Positions 11,501-24,000 of a DNA stretch of 64,000 nt are shown here, in pieces. Made by a program: the position numbers and the translations under genes. How positions within the stretch are numbered: position 1 is the first letter of the stretch; the number at the start of each line of letters is the position of its first letter. Below the pieces are notes generated by a model that worked only from the letters and a program-made list of their open reading frames with translations, had not been told where the DNA came from and searched no databases. The stretch lies in the NCBI RefSeq assembly GCF_006345805.1, contig NC_043021.1, positions 9,238,001 through 9,302,000 of the forward strand, given 5' to 3'. Source of the stretch: Octopus sinensis (Eukaryota).

Positions 11501-14500
11501 TGTGTTGGTATATTCATGAATAAGTCACTAACCGAAATAAGTAGATCTATTGTTTAGGAAAATACTCTTGTTTAAAGGTTGTACTGGTTAAATTGCAAAA
11601 ATAACTCTAATAGTTCAAATACTAAGAAATAAGCATACTCAATTTGATTTTTACCAAATAATTTAGGAAAATGAATGTGTTATTTCTCGTGGTTTTTAAA
11701 ATAAAATTAGCTATATATATATATAATGATAAATATTAGGGAATAAATCCAAACTTACAGGGAAAAATCATTGTTTAAACCTCGCCAAGATAAATATTTA
11801 AACCACCTGATGAATGACTAACTCAAAAATTTAAAGAAATTAACAGCCATGAAACGATCGTAGTGTTATATTAATTATATTTTTTTAATAATTTTGTTAT
11901 ATATTTAAATAATATAAATTAAATAATCTTATGTATTGGCTTAAGTTTTTCATTGTATGATTTGCCTAATAGTGGTTTTGTCTCTAATTTAATATAATAT
12001 ATATATATATGTATATATAAGGATCCCTTCCAGGGACCCTATTATTGACTTTTTTCAACAATCAGAGTTTGCTATGAAGTTTCCAGACGTGAGTTCTACT
12101 TGCATGTCAAGTGTCATCAAAATTGATAAAACGATGTAGGAGGCGTTAGCTAACAACTCCACAAACACACCCACTGACAGAATTTCCCGCATATGTAGTA
12201 GATAATCAAAACTTAGAAACATCATATGTGTTGGTATTTTACAGAAATACATATATATATATGTGTGTGTGTATTGTTTCTCTTGTAGAAGTACAAATAT
12301 GTCCGAATGGATGGCAAAGTCATAAAATTAGAAGAGAGAGCAAGGATTATCCGCAAATTTGAGACAGACGAGAGCATTTGTATATTCTTAATGACTACAC
12401 AGGTAAGAATTTGTTGAACACCTGACAATAATATTTCCTTGCATGTGTCTGTAGTTGTGTGCATTGTTAGGTGGTTGCAGTATACTTCTGCACTTTTTAA
12501 AACCCTTTTGATACCACCCTGCCTGAGACCGCCTCTTTCTCTGTAGTACAAATGTCTTGTTTTCAAAAGTTTTGAATTCAAATCTTCCTCTAAGCCTAGT
12601 CACAATTTATGTTCCTAAGACTAGCTTAATGATAACTAAGTTATTTTATTAAATTCCTTGATATATTTAACCCTTTTGATACCAACCCGGTTGACACTGC
12701 CTCTGGTTCTGTAGTACAAATGTCTTGTTTTCAAAAGTTCTGAATTCAAATCTTCCACCAAACCTTAGTCACAATTTATGTTCCTAACACTAGCTTAATG
12801 ATAACTAAGTTATTTTACTAAATTCTTTCTTATATTTAAAATTGATTGAAAAGAACACAGAGCATCTTAAAAGACATACGGTAACAAAAGGGTTGAATAA
12901 TGTATGGCTTTCCTCCCAGCACAGTACTTTCATCACATTATTACTTCACCACTCCACCACTAGCACCACCACATCCTTGCTACAATTACATGACTATAGT
13001 TAACACCTTACAACAATCAATACCAAACTGCTACTACAATGGTACATCATCATCATCGTTTAACATCCGTTTTCCATGCTGGCATGAGTTGCACAGTGTG
13101 ACTGGAGCTGGTAGGGCCAGGAGGTCACACCGGGTCCCATTGTGTGTTCTGGCATGCTTCCTTATTTCTTTATTGCCCACAAGGGGCTAAACGTAGAGGG
13201 GACAAACAAGGACAGACAAACGGATTACGTCGATTACATTGACCCCCCCCCCTCCTGTGCGCAACTGGTACTTAATTTATCGACCTTGAAAGGATGACAG
13301 GCAAAGTCGAAGGACAGACAAACGGATTAAGTTGATTACATTGACACCAGTGCGTAACTGGTACTTAATTTATCGACCCCGAAAGGATGACAGGCAAAGT
13401 CGACCTTGGCGGAATTTGAACTCGGAACGTAATGGCAGGTGAAATACCACTAAGCATTTCACCCGGCACGCTAATGTTTCTGCCAGTTCGCCGCCTTCTA
13501 CGACTGGACTCCCTTCCTAACACCAACCACTCCACAGAGTGTACTAGGTGCTTTTTATATGCCACTGGCACCAGTGCCAACATGAGTGCTTTTTATGTGA
13601 CGTCAGCACCGCTATCAATTCTGCTGTGGCGAACGGGTCTTTGTGAGTACCACAAGGCACTAGATTTGTCCTCCCCTTCGTAACACTTAGTGTCTTGAAA
13701 TCAGCCTTCAGTACTTTGTCCCATGTGTTCCTGGGTTTCCTTCTTCCACAAGTTCAATGATGGAAGCACTCCGTCGGTTACGACGACGAGGGTTCCGGTT
13801 GATCCGAATCAACGGAACAGCCTGCTCGTGAAATTAACGTGTAAGTGGCTGAGCACTCCACAGACACGTGCACCCTTAACGTAGTTCTCGGGGATATTCA
13901 GCGTGACACAGAGAGTGACAAGGCCGGCCCCTTGAAATACAGGTACAACAGAAACAGGAAGTAAGAGTGAGAGAAAGTTGTGGTGAAAGAGTACAGCAGG
14001 GATCACCACCATCCCCTGCCGGAGCCTCGTGGAGCTTTTTAGGTGTTTTCGCTCAATAAACACTCACAACGCCCGGTCTGGGAATCGAAACCGCGATCCT
14101 ATGACCGCGAGTCCGCTGCCCTAACCACTGGGCCATTGCGCCTCCACACAAGTTCAATAAAGTTAACACTACCACTATAATTTCTACTTCAACTACTACA
14201 GCTACTACTACTACTACTGCCACCACCATTACTATATGTAATATATTACAACTGCTCAACTGTATAATAATTTTTCTTATCTTTTTCATTTTTTTTTTCG
14301 TTTTTGGAAACAGGTTGGAGGAGTTGGTCTCAATTTAACCGTAGCTGACCGAATAATCATTGGTATAAACTTTCATTAAACTGATTTTGTAAATGCATGT
14401 GTGTGTGTGTGTGTGTGTGTGTTTTGCTGGCAGAATGGTTAGCACGCTGGACGAAATGCTTAGTGGTATTTCGCCCTTTGCTATTATCTGAGTTCAAATT

Positions 14501-17500
14501 CCATTGAGGTCGACTTTGCCTTTCGTACTTTGATAAATTAAGTTACCAGTGAAACACTGGGGTGGGTGGGGGTCGATGTAATCGACACTAGCCTCCCCGC
14601 CCGCCTCAAATTTCTGGCCTTGTGTTTATAGTAGAAAGGATTATTATCATCAAGGTGATGCCCCAGCATGGCCATAGTCTAATGACCGAAACAAGTAAAA
14701 CATAAAAGGTATATGTGTGTGTGTGTATATATTATAAAAGAGCATATTGGATGTCCACTTTAGTGGTCATCCCTCTTATATGGTGTAACTTAGTAGTTCA
14801 GCAAAAGTGACCTTTAGAATAAGTACCAGGCTTTAAAAGAAAAAAAAGAGTACTGGGGTTGTTTTATTCAACTAAAAGTTCTTTCTGGTGGTGTCCCATC
14901 GAGGCCCCTGTTTAATGACTGAATGAAAAGATGTGTGTGTGTTAAGAGTATACTCTTTTACTTGTTTCAGTCATTTGACTGCAGCCATACTGGAGCACCG
15001 CCTTTAGTCGAGCAAATCCACCCCAGGACTTATTCTTTGTAAGCCCAGTACTTATTCTATTGGTCTCTTTTGCCGAACCGCTAAGTGACGGGGACGTAAA
15101 CACACCAGCATCGGTTGTCAAGCAATGCTAGGGGGACAAACACAGACACACAAACATATACACAAACACTTATATATACATATATACGACAGGCTTCTTT
15201 CAGTTTCCGTCTACCAAATCCACTCACAAGGCATTGGTCGGCCCGGGGCTATAGCAGAAGACACTTGCCCAAGATGCCACGCAGTGGGACTGAACCCGGA
15301 ACCATGTGGTTGGTTAGCAAGCTACTTACCACACAGCCACTCCTGCGCCTATGTATATGTTATGTTTATTTCTGTGTAAATTTTTGTTATAATGTGGGAT
15401 CCTTGTCCACTTGTATGTTATTGTTGGCATGTGATTATGTTGTCAGCACTATTATGTTGTGGTTTTCTGCATCTTATTATCTTTGACTTGTCTATTGTGC
15501 TACCGCTGGTAGCTCCGCAAGACGGCGACTTTGAAGGGTCTACCTTGACGGTGACTTGAACTCATATAACATTTAACTGCCGCTCCAACCGAGAAACTCG
15601 TATGACAACTCTCTCTACTACCACCACTACTACTGACTGACCTCTGACTTTATAGTGGCTGAGTCATACCACTTTGTCACATGGGAAAGGGGTGTAGCAT
15701 TTCATTACAACAATTTATTTCTCTGATGAAAATCTTTGCACACTGTTTCATTTTTCCAGTTGATCCAAGCTGGAACCCAGCAACAGACAACCAGGCTGTG
15801 GACAGGGTTTACCGTATTGGTCAAACGAAGAACGTAATTATCTTCCGCTTAATGACTTGCGGTTCAGTTGAGGAGAAAATCTACATCCGCCAGTTGTTCA
15901 AACAATCTATCCATCGACAAACCACCAAAGAATCCAAGGATCCATTTAGGTAATTCAAAGCATGAACAGTTTTACTTTATAAGCTTATAGGTGCAGGCAT
16001 GGCTATGTAGTAAGAGGCTTGCTTCCCAGTCACAAGTCAAGGAATCCTTGTATTTAGGATTACATTGTGCAGTGTGTCTTTTCTTAAAGATTTGGAGGGG
16101 ATTTGGCTGCTATTTCTAGCTGGGTAGCAATCATGCAGGGACGCAGGGACTCTGTTATTAGCTTTTCGGGAATTGTTATACTGGATACATGTATAATTCT
16201 TTTCACGCTGATTATTTTTCTACTTTGTTGTTAGGTACTTCACTAAGCAGGACCTGAAACAGTTGTTCATTGTGGAGAATCTGGCTTGGTCTGACACTCA
16301 GCAGCAGCTGAATGAGATGTTTGCTGGTATGAGGCAGTCTGACGAAGTTGTGGACCAACAAATTGAATTCCTCGAGTCTCTTGACTGTGAGTAACATGTC
16401 TACCTTTTTCATAACCATAACCCATCAACTATCCTCATCAACTTGAATTTAGTATCTTTGTGGTTTAGTTTTAAAGTGGAGAAAATTGGGGTCCCTTCAT
16501 AAAAACTCCTTCAAAATTGATGAGGTTGAGGCATTAGTCGTCTTTATACTTCCATTCTCTGTTCCCATTTCCTTTAGATCTCTCTCAATACCTTTTGATA
16601 CTATCCCCAAGGCCCCAACATAATTTGGCTCTATCTTCCCCTTTTTCATCTTCCAGTTGGGCTTTCTCATATTTAAGAGGATTGTACTTTCTTCAGACAA
16701 ATGGGCATGCAATATCCATTATAAAGCTCATGTAGTTTGCCTTGTCCACCACCACAAGCTCCAGCTTATCTGTTTTGTTTGGGAATTCCGTCGGGATTTT
16801 GCAAGTCGACAATACAGTCACTCTTTGTGGTTTGTGTTCATACCATGTCTTGCCTCTCTCTAACCTCCACTTTTCACACAGTTTCCAATGTAGCACTTAT
16901 TATTATCACTATAATTATTATTATTAAATTCAAATTGCGATGTACAGTGCTGGTGGCACATAAGAGAACCATCCGAACGTAGCCGTTGCCAGCGCAGCCC
17001 CGACTGGCCTCTGTGCCGGTGGCACATAAAAAGCACCATCTGATTGTGGCTGTTGCCAGCCTCGTGTGGACCCCGTGCTGGTGGCACGTAAAAAGCACCC
17101 ACTACACTCACGGAGTGGTTGGCGTTAGGAAGGGCATCCAGCTGTAGAAACACTGCCTGATCAGACTGGAGCCTGGCGCAGCCTTCTGGTTTCCTAGACC
17201 CCAATTGAACCGTCCAACCCATGCTAGCATGGAAAACGGACGTTAAACGATGATGATGATGATGATAAACAAACAGGAGCACAGGAGTGGCTGTGTGGTA
17301 AGTAGCTTGTTTACCAACCTCATGGTTCCAGGTTCAGTCCCACTGCGTGGCACCTTGGGGAAGTGTCTTCTACTATAGCCTCGGGCCGACCAAAGCCTTG
17401 CGAGTGGATTTGGTAGACGGAAACTGAAAGAAGCCCGTCGTATATATGTATATATATATATGTATGTATGTGTGTGTTTGTCCCCCTAGCATTGCTTGAC

Positions 17501-18770
17501 AACCGATGCTGGTGTGTTTACGTCCCCGTCACATAGCGGTTCGGCAAAAGAGACTGATAGAATAAGTACTGGGCTTACAAAAGAATAAGTCCCGGGGTCG
17601 AGTTGCTCAACTAAAGGCGGTGCTCCAGCATGGCCGCAGTCAAATGACTGAAACAAGTAAAAGAGTAAAGAGTAAACAAACGAAGTTTCCTTTAGAAGTG
17701 GCGTTTAGATGTCTTAGAAAGTTAAAGAAGTGATTTTAAATTCTCAAACTCAGGATAATGCTACTGATATAGCCTGAACAGTATAAGCTACCCCATATTT
17801 TGCAGAAAATATGTGTTGGTGCCTGGCTATATTATTATTATTATTATTTTATTATTATATTATTATTATTATTTTTATTATTTTTATTATTTTATTTTTA
17901 TTATTTTTATTATTTTATTTTTATTATTTTATTTTTATTATTATTTTTATTATTTTATTTTTATTATTTTTATTATTATTTTTATTATTATTTTTATTAT
18001 TATTTTATTAATTTTTATTATTATTATTTTTTATTATTATTATTTTATTATTATTATTATTATTGTTATTTAGGCAGTAGGCTGGCAGAAACATTAGCAC
18101 ACCCGGCAAAATGCTTAGTGGCATTTCATCGGCCTTAACGGTTCTGAGTTCAAATGCCACCAGAGTTGACTTTGCTTTTCACCCTTTCGGGGTTAATAAA
18201 AAATAAGTATCAGTTGAGTGGGGTTGGGGGTGTAATCAACTTACCCCCCCTCCCCTCCCAAATTGCTGGCCTTGTGCCAAACTTTGAAATCATTGGATGT
18301 CTCCCTCTTTTAGGGATTTTCATTGTTAGAATTTATATTGTCATCCTTTGTTTGCATGCTTCGATCCCACTTTATTTGTATTGTCCTCTACCATCCCCAA
18401 TGTTTTATTTGAACCCTCAGTGGTTAATAAAGAAAACGTTATCATCATCGTCATCATTATTATTTCTAGATGTGTTTGGTGTCAGTGACCATGATTTAGT
18501 GTTTTCAAAAGAAGATGACAATAAAGAAGCAACGTTATCTAACCCCAGGGTGGAGACAATGGCAAGTTGGTCTTTATATCTATCTGTCTGTCTGTCTGTG
18601 TCTGTCTATATATCTATCTACATATCTATCTATCTATCTATCTATATATATAGCTATCTATATATCTATCTATCTATCTATATATATAGCTATCTATATA
18701 TCTATCTATCTATCGATCTATATATCTATCTATCTATCGATCTATATATCTATCTATCTACCTATCTATA

Positions 18771-18802
<32 letters not shown>

Positions 18803-18950
18803 GTTCTATCTATCTATCTATCTATCGTTCGTTCGTTCGTTCGTTCTATCTATCTATATATATATATGTATATTATGAAGATTATATTTGAGTTTTCTCA
18901 ACACAGGAAACTGTTAGTAGCGCTTTGATACATGTATTGTGACCTTTAAT

Positions 18951-18983
<33 letters not shown>

Positions 18984-20965
18984 GGTAATAATTATTATTA
19001 AAATTATAATTTAGGGGTATCTAAGAGATACCCTAAATTGTGTGTGTGTGTATCTATATATGTTTGTTTTTATGATGTTTTTGATTATGGTTATTGTGTG
19101 TTTATTTTTAGCAGAGGAATTCTCTTTTTGCTTATTCTGGCATTGTCAGCATCTGGAATTTGGCAACCCCTGAGTCTCTAAACTGCTTTTAATTCCCATT
19201 TGATGGTGCTTTCTCGTTGTGTGCCTTATATTTTCTATGTATGAGCCCATATACTGCCTATTGCCCACTCCTGTTGTTTTATTGCCTGTCGTCTCACTTT
19301 AGGGTTAGGGTTAGTGTTGTGCTTTTACAGCCTAACCTTCTAGTCCTTTGGTAGATATTTTCTGTTGTCTGCAACACTGGTTTTAACTAATTTCCTCTCT
19401 TCCAGATGGTCAAAGCTGAAGAAGCGATTCGGTCCGAGGTGAATACTGACCGAAGTATTTCCGTAAAACAATGGTCAGGTGCTGCTACTTCGGTCAATAA
19501 CCAGACACAAATGAGGAACCCTGATAGTCAACATTTTGTCTCTTTGCTCCCACCATCCACCAATGGAAAGGTCCCTACTCTCACTACAGTACCAACGACT
19601 CACACTCGTCCACCTTTCAACAGGTGTAAGTGACCCTTTATGTACTCTTTAGTTTCTCTACCACCTTCTTTCTGTTAAGGCACATGGCTCAGTGGTTAGT
19701 GCGTTGAGCTTACGATCGTGAGGTTGTGAGTTCGAATCCTGGACCGGGCTGCGTGTTGTGTTCTTGAGCAAGACACTTTATTTCACGTTGCTCCAGTTCA
19801 CTCAGCTGTAGAAATGAGTTGCAGTGTCACAGGTGCCAAGCTGTATCGGCCCCTTTGCCTTTCCCTTGGATAACACTGGTAGCGTGGAGAGGGGAGGCCG
19901 GGATGCATGGGCGACTGCTGGTCTTCCATAATCCACCATGCCCGGACTTGTGCCTGGGAGGGTAACTTTCTAGGTGCAATCCCACGGTCAGTCATGACCA
20001 AAGAGGGTCTCAACCTTCTTTCTACTCCCTCTCTTTCCTTTGGCCATGTCTCTCTACCTCTCTTCTTCCTCGCCTCTTCTCATCCTTATTTTTGACCTTC
20101 TCTTTTCCCCCTCCTATTCATTATTCTCATCTTCCATACTTAGCTCTCTCTCCCACTAATCTCTCTTTAGTCTTCTTCTTTCTTCTACTTTCTCTTTAAT
20201 TGCTTACTCTCTCTCTAATCTCTTTTCTCTCCCCCTCTAGTCTATCTCTCTCCCCCTCTAGTCTATCTCTCTCCTCCTCTAGTCTATCTCTCTCCTCCTC
20301 TAGTCTATCTCTCCGCTTCTAGTCTTTCTAGAAATTTTTATATTCTGAAATATTATATCAGACTCTTTTACTTGTTTCAGTCATTTGACTGCGGCCATGC
20401 TGGAGCACCGCCTTTAGTTCAGCAATTCGACTCCAGGACTTATTCTTTGTAAGCTTAGTACTTATTCTATCGGTCTCTTTTGCCGAACCGCTAAGTTATG
20501 GGGACGTAAACACACCAGCATCGGTTGTCAAGCGATGTTTGGTGGGGGACAAACACACACACACACACATATAGACATATATACGACAGGCTTCTTTCAG
20601 TTTCCGTCTACCAAATCCACTCACAAGGCTCTGGTCGGCCCGAGGCTATAGTCGAAGACACTTGCCCAAGGGGCCACGCAGTGGGACTGAACCCGGAACC
20701 ATGTGGCTGGTTAGCAAGCTACTTACCACACAGCCACTCCTACGCCTATAATAATTATGGATGATTAAATTATAACAGTTATTATAGGCGCAGGAGTGGC
20801 TGTGTGGTAAGTAGCTTGCTAACCAGCCACATGGTTCCGGGTTCAGTCCCACTGCGTGGCATCTTGGGCAAGTGTCTTCTGCTATTGCCCCGGGCCGACC
20901 AATGCCTTGTGAGTGGATTTGGTAGACAGAAACTGAAAGAAGCCAGTCGTATATGTGTGTATATA

Positions 20966-21012
<47 letters not shown>

Positions 21013-24000
21013 TTGTGTGTCTGTGTTTGTCCCCCTAGCATTGCTTGACAACTGATGCTGGTGTGTTTACGTCCCCATCACTTAGCGGTTCGGCAAAAGA
21101 GACTGATAGAATAAGTACTAGGCTTACAAAGAATAAGTCCCAGGGTCGATTTGCTCGACTAAAGGCGGTGCTCCAGCATGGCCGCAGTCTAATGACTGAA
21201 ACAAGTAAAAGAGTAAAGTAGAAAGAGTATAGTCCACTCTGCATTGTCGTGCCATTCAAGACATATTTCACAAACAATACACAATGCTTCCAGCAAACTA
21301 CAATACTCTCTCCTTCCATTCCAGTGATTTATAGCTCTTGATATTTTGTCTTCTTGATGCACAGATGATGATGATGATGTTGTTGTTATTAAAGAGAGCG
21401 ATGACGACGATGATGATATCACCAGTGTTTCAGAGCAGTTGTCATCTAAAAGTCCAATTGGTAGCAACAGTAACAATAACAACTACCACCACCACCACCA
21501 CCATAACAGCAGTAGAACTGGAGTCACTGACCTGACAACGCCATCTCTTGGTACCGTTTCTAATCCAATCTCTATTGAAGACCATTGCCCTACTGAACAG
21601 CAGCCACCAACGCCTATTGTCCACTCATCAGCCCCTAATAGAGTAAGTCTAAGGAGAATTTCCTAGCCTTTAGCCATTGAACTGTGACCATGCTGGAGTG
21701 CTTAGTATGTGGGGTTTTGTTTTGTAATTGACCATATTACTTACTGTATTTTAACATGGCGGTGCCCCAGCATGGCCACAGCTTGTGAGCTGAAACTAGA
21801 TAAAATAAAATAAATGAAATAAACGTATAAGGAACCCCCCCCCCTAATTTTTAGGGCTTAAAATTTGGAAAAAAGGTTTTGTAAGGGATTATAATACTAT
21901 CCATGTAAGAAACTCCCGTATTTTTCAACCTAATTTTTTGAGTAAAAAAAGGGTTCCTTGTACTCATTAAAGTGCTTAGTATGTGGGGTTTTCTTTTGTT
22001 ATTGACCATATTACTTACTGTATTTTAACATGTATAAGAAACCCCCTAATTTTTAGGGCTTAAAAATTTGGAAAAAAGGCTTTGTAAGAGATTATAATAC
22101 TATCCATGTAAGAAACTCCCGTATTTTTCAGCCTAATTTTTTGAGTAAAAAAAAGGGTTCCTTGTACTCATTAAAGTGCTTAGTATGTGGGGTTTTGTTT
22201 TGTAATTGACCATATTACTTAATGTATAAGAGACCCCCTAATTTTTAGGGCTTAAAAATTTGGAAAAAAGGCTTTGTAAGGGATTATAATACTATCCATG
22301 TAAGAAACTTCCGTATTTTTCAACCTAATTTTTTGAGTAAAAAAAGGGTTCCTTGTACACATTAAAGTGCTTAGTATGTGGGGTTTTGTTTTGTAATTGA
22401 CCATATTACTTACTGTATTTTAACATGTATAAGGAACCCCCTAATTTTTAGGGCTTAAAAATTTGGAAAAAAGGCTTTGTAAGAGATTATAATACTATCC
22501 ATGTAAGAAACTCCCGTATTTTTCAACCTAATTTTTTGAGTAAAAAAAGGGTTCCTTGTACACATTAAGATCTGGTGTTTCTGTACAGTTTTATTATATT
22601 GAGCTCTGTTTGTTGAACATTTTGATGCGAAGGGACACAACACCCCGGTTCTCATGCACACGCACCCTCACTCACAGACAGCAAGCTGAATTGTTAGCAT
22701 GCCAGACAAAATGCTTTGTGGCATTTTGTCCAACTTTACGTTTTGAGTTCAAATTCTGCTGACGTCAGCTTTGCTTTTCATTATTTTGGGGTTGAGGAAA
22801 TAAGTACCAGTTACACACTGGGGTCAATGTTATTAATTTATCCCCTCCCACCACATTTCAGGCCTTGTGCCTATAATAGAAAGGATTATTATCACACTGA
22901 GTAAAATTCTTAGCGGCATTTCGTCTCTTTACGTTCTGAGTTCAAATTCTGCCAAGGTCGACTTAGTCTTTCTTCTTTTCAGGGTCATTAAAATAAGTAC
23001 CAGTTACACACTGGAGTCAATGTTATTGACTTATCCCCTCCCCCAAAATTGCAGGCCTTGTAGAAAGGATTATTATTATGGAAAATGCCACAGATAATTT
23101 ATTTTAACTTTCATTTATCATGTACTATAAAGATAATCAATTATTATTATTATTACTCTTACTCTTTTACTTGTTTCAGTCATTTGACTGCGGCCATGCT
23201 GGAGCACTGCCTTTAGTCGAGCAAATCGACCCCGGGACTTATTCTTTGTAAGCCCAGTACTTATTCTATCGGTCTCTTTTGCCGAACCGCTAAGTGATGG
23301 GGATGTAAACAAACCAGCATCGGTTGTCAAGCTATGCTAGGGGGGACAAACACACACACACACATATACATATATACGACAGGCTTCTTTCAGTTTCCGT
23401 CTACCAAATCCACTCACAAGGCATTGGTCAGCCCGGGGCTATAGCAGAAGACACTTGGCCAAGATGCCACGCAGTGGGACTGAACCCGGAACCATGTGGT
23501 TGGTAAGCAAGCTACTTTAACACACAGCCACTCCTGTGCCTATATAGCCACTCCTGCGCCTATTATTGTTATTATTATTATTATTATTATTACTATTGTT
23601 ATTATTAAGGCCACAAGCTGGCAGAATTGTTAGCGCTCCAGGTGAAATGCTTAGTGGTATTTTGTCTGTTGCTACATTCCAAGTTCAAATTCCACCGAGG
23701 TCGACTTTGTTTTTCATCCTGTCAGGGTTGATAAATTAAGTACCAGTTGAGTACTGGGGTTGAAGCCATTATTATTATGATATATGAGTTCAAATTCTGC
23801 CGAGGTTGGCTTTACCTTTCATCCTTTCAGGGGTCAATAAAATAAGAACCAATCGAGTACTGGGGGTTGGGGTAATTGACCCCCTCTATCCCCACAAATT
23901 GCTGATTTTCTGCCAAAATTTGAAATTATAGTCACGATGTATTATGAATAATTTATTGTAGATTTTATTGAACTTTATTTATTTTTCTTGCAGAAATCCT

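Noticed and set aside
14363-14370. GTATAAAC donor as a U12 intron
   Set aside because: Does not match the U12 consensus GTATCCTT; treated as a weak U2 donor.
17800-18138. Tyr/Phe/Ile-rich ORFs resembling membrane proteins
   Set aside because: Translation of a TTA microsatellite, open in several frames.
18154-18928. 245-aa and 137-aa ORFs
   Set aside because: Mostly translated SINE and (TATC)n microsatellite; only 18470..18561 is a real exon.
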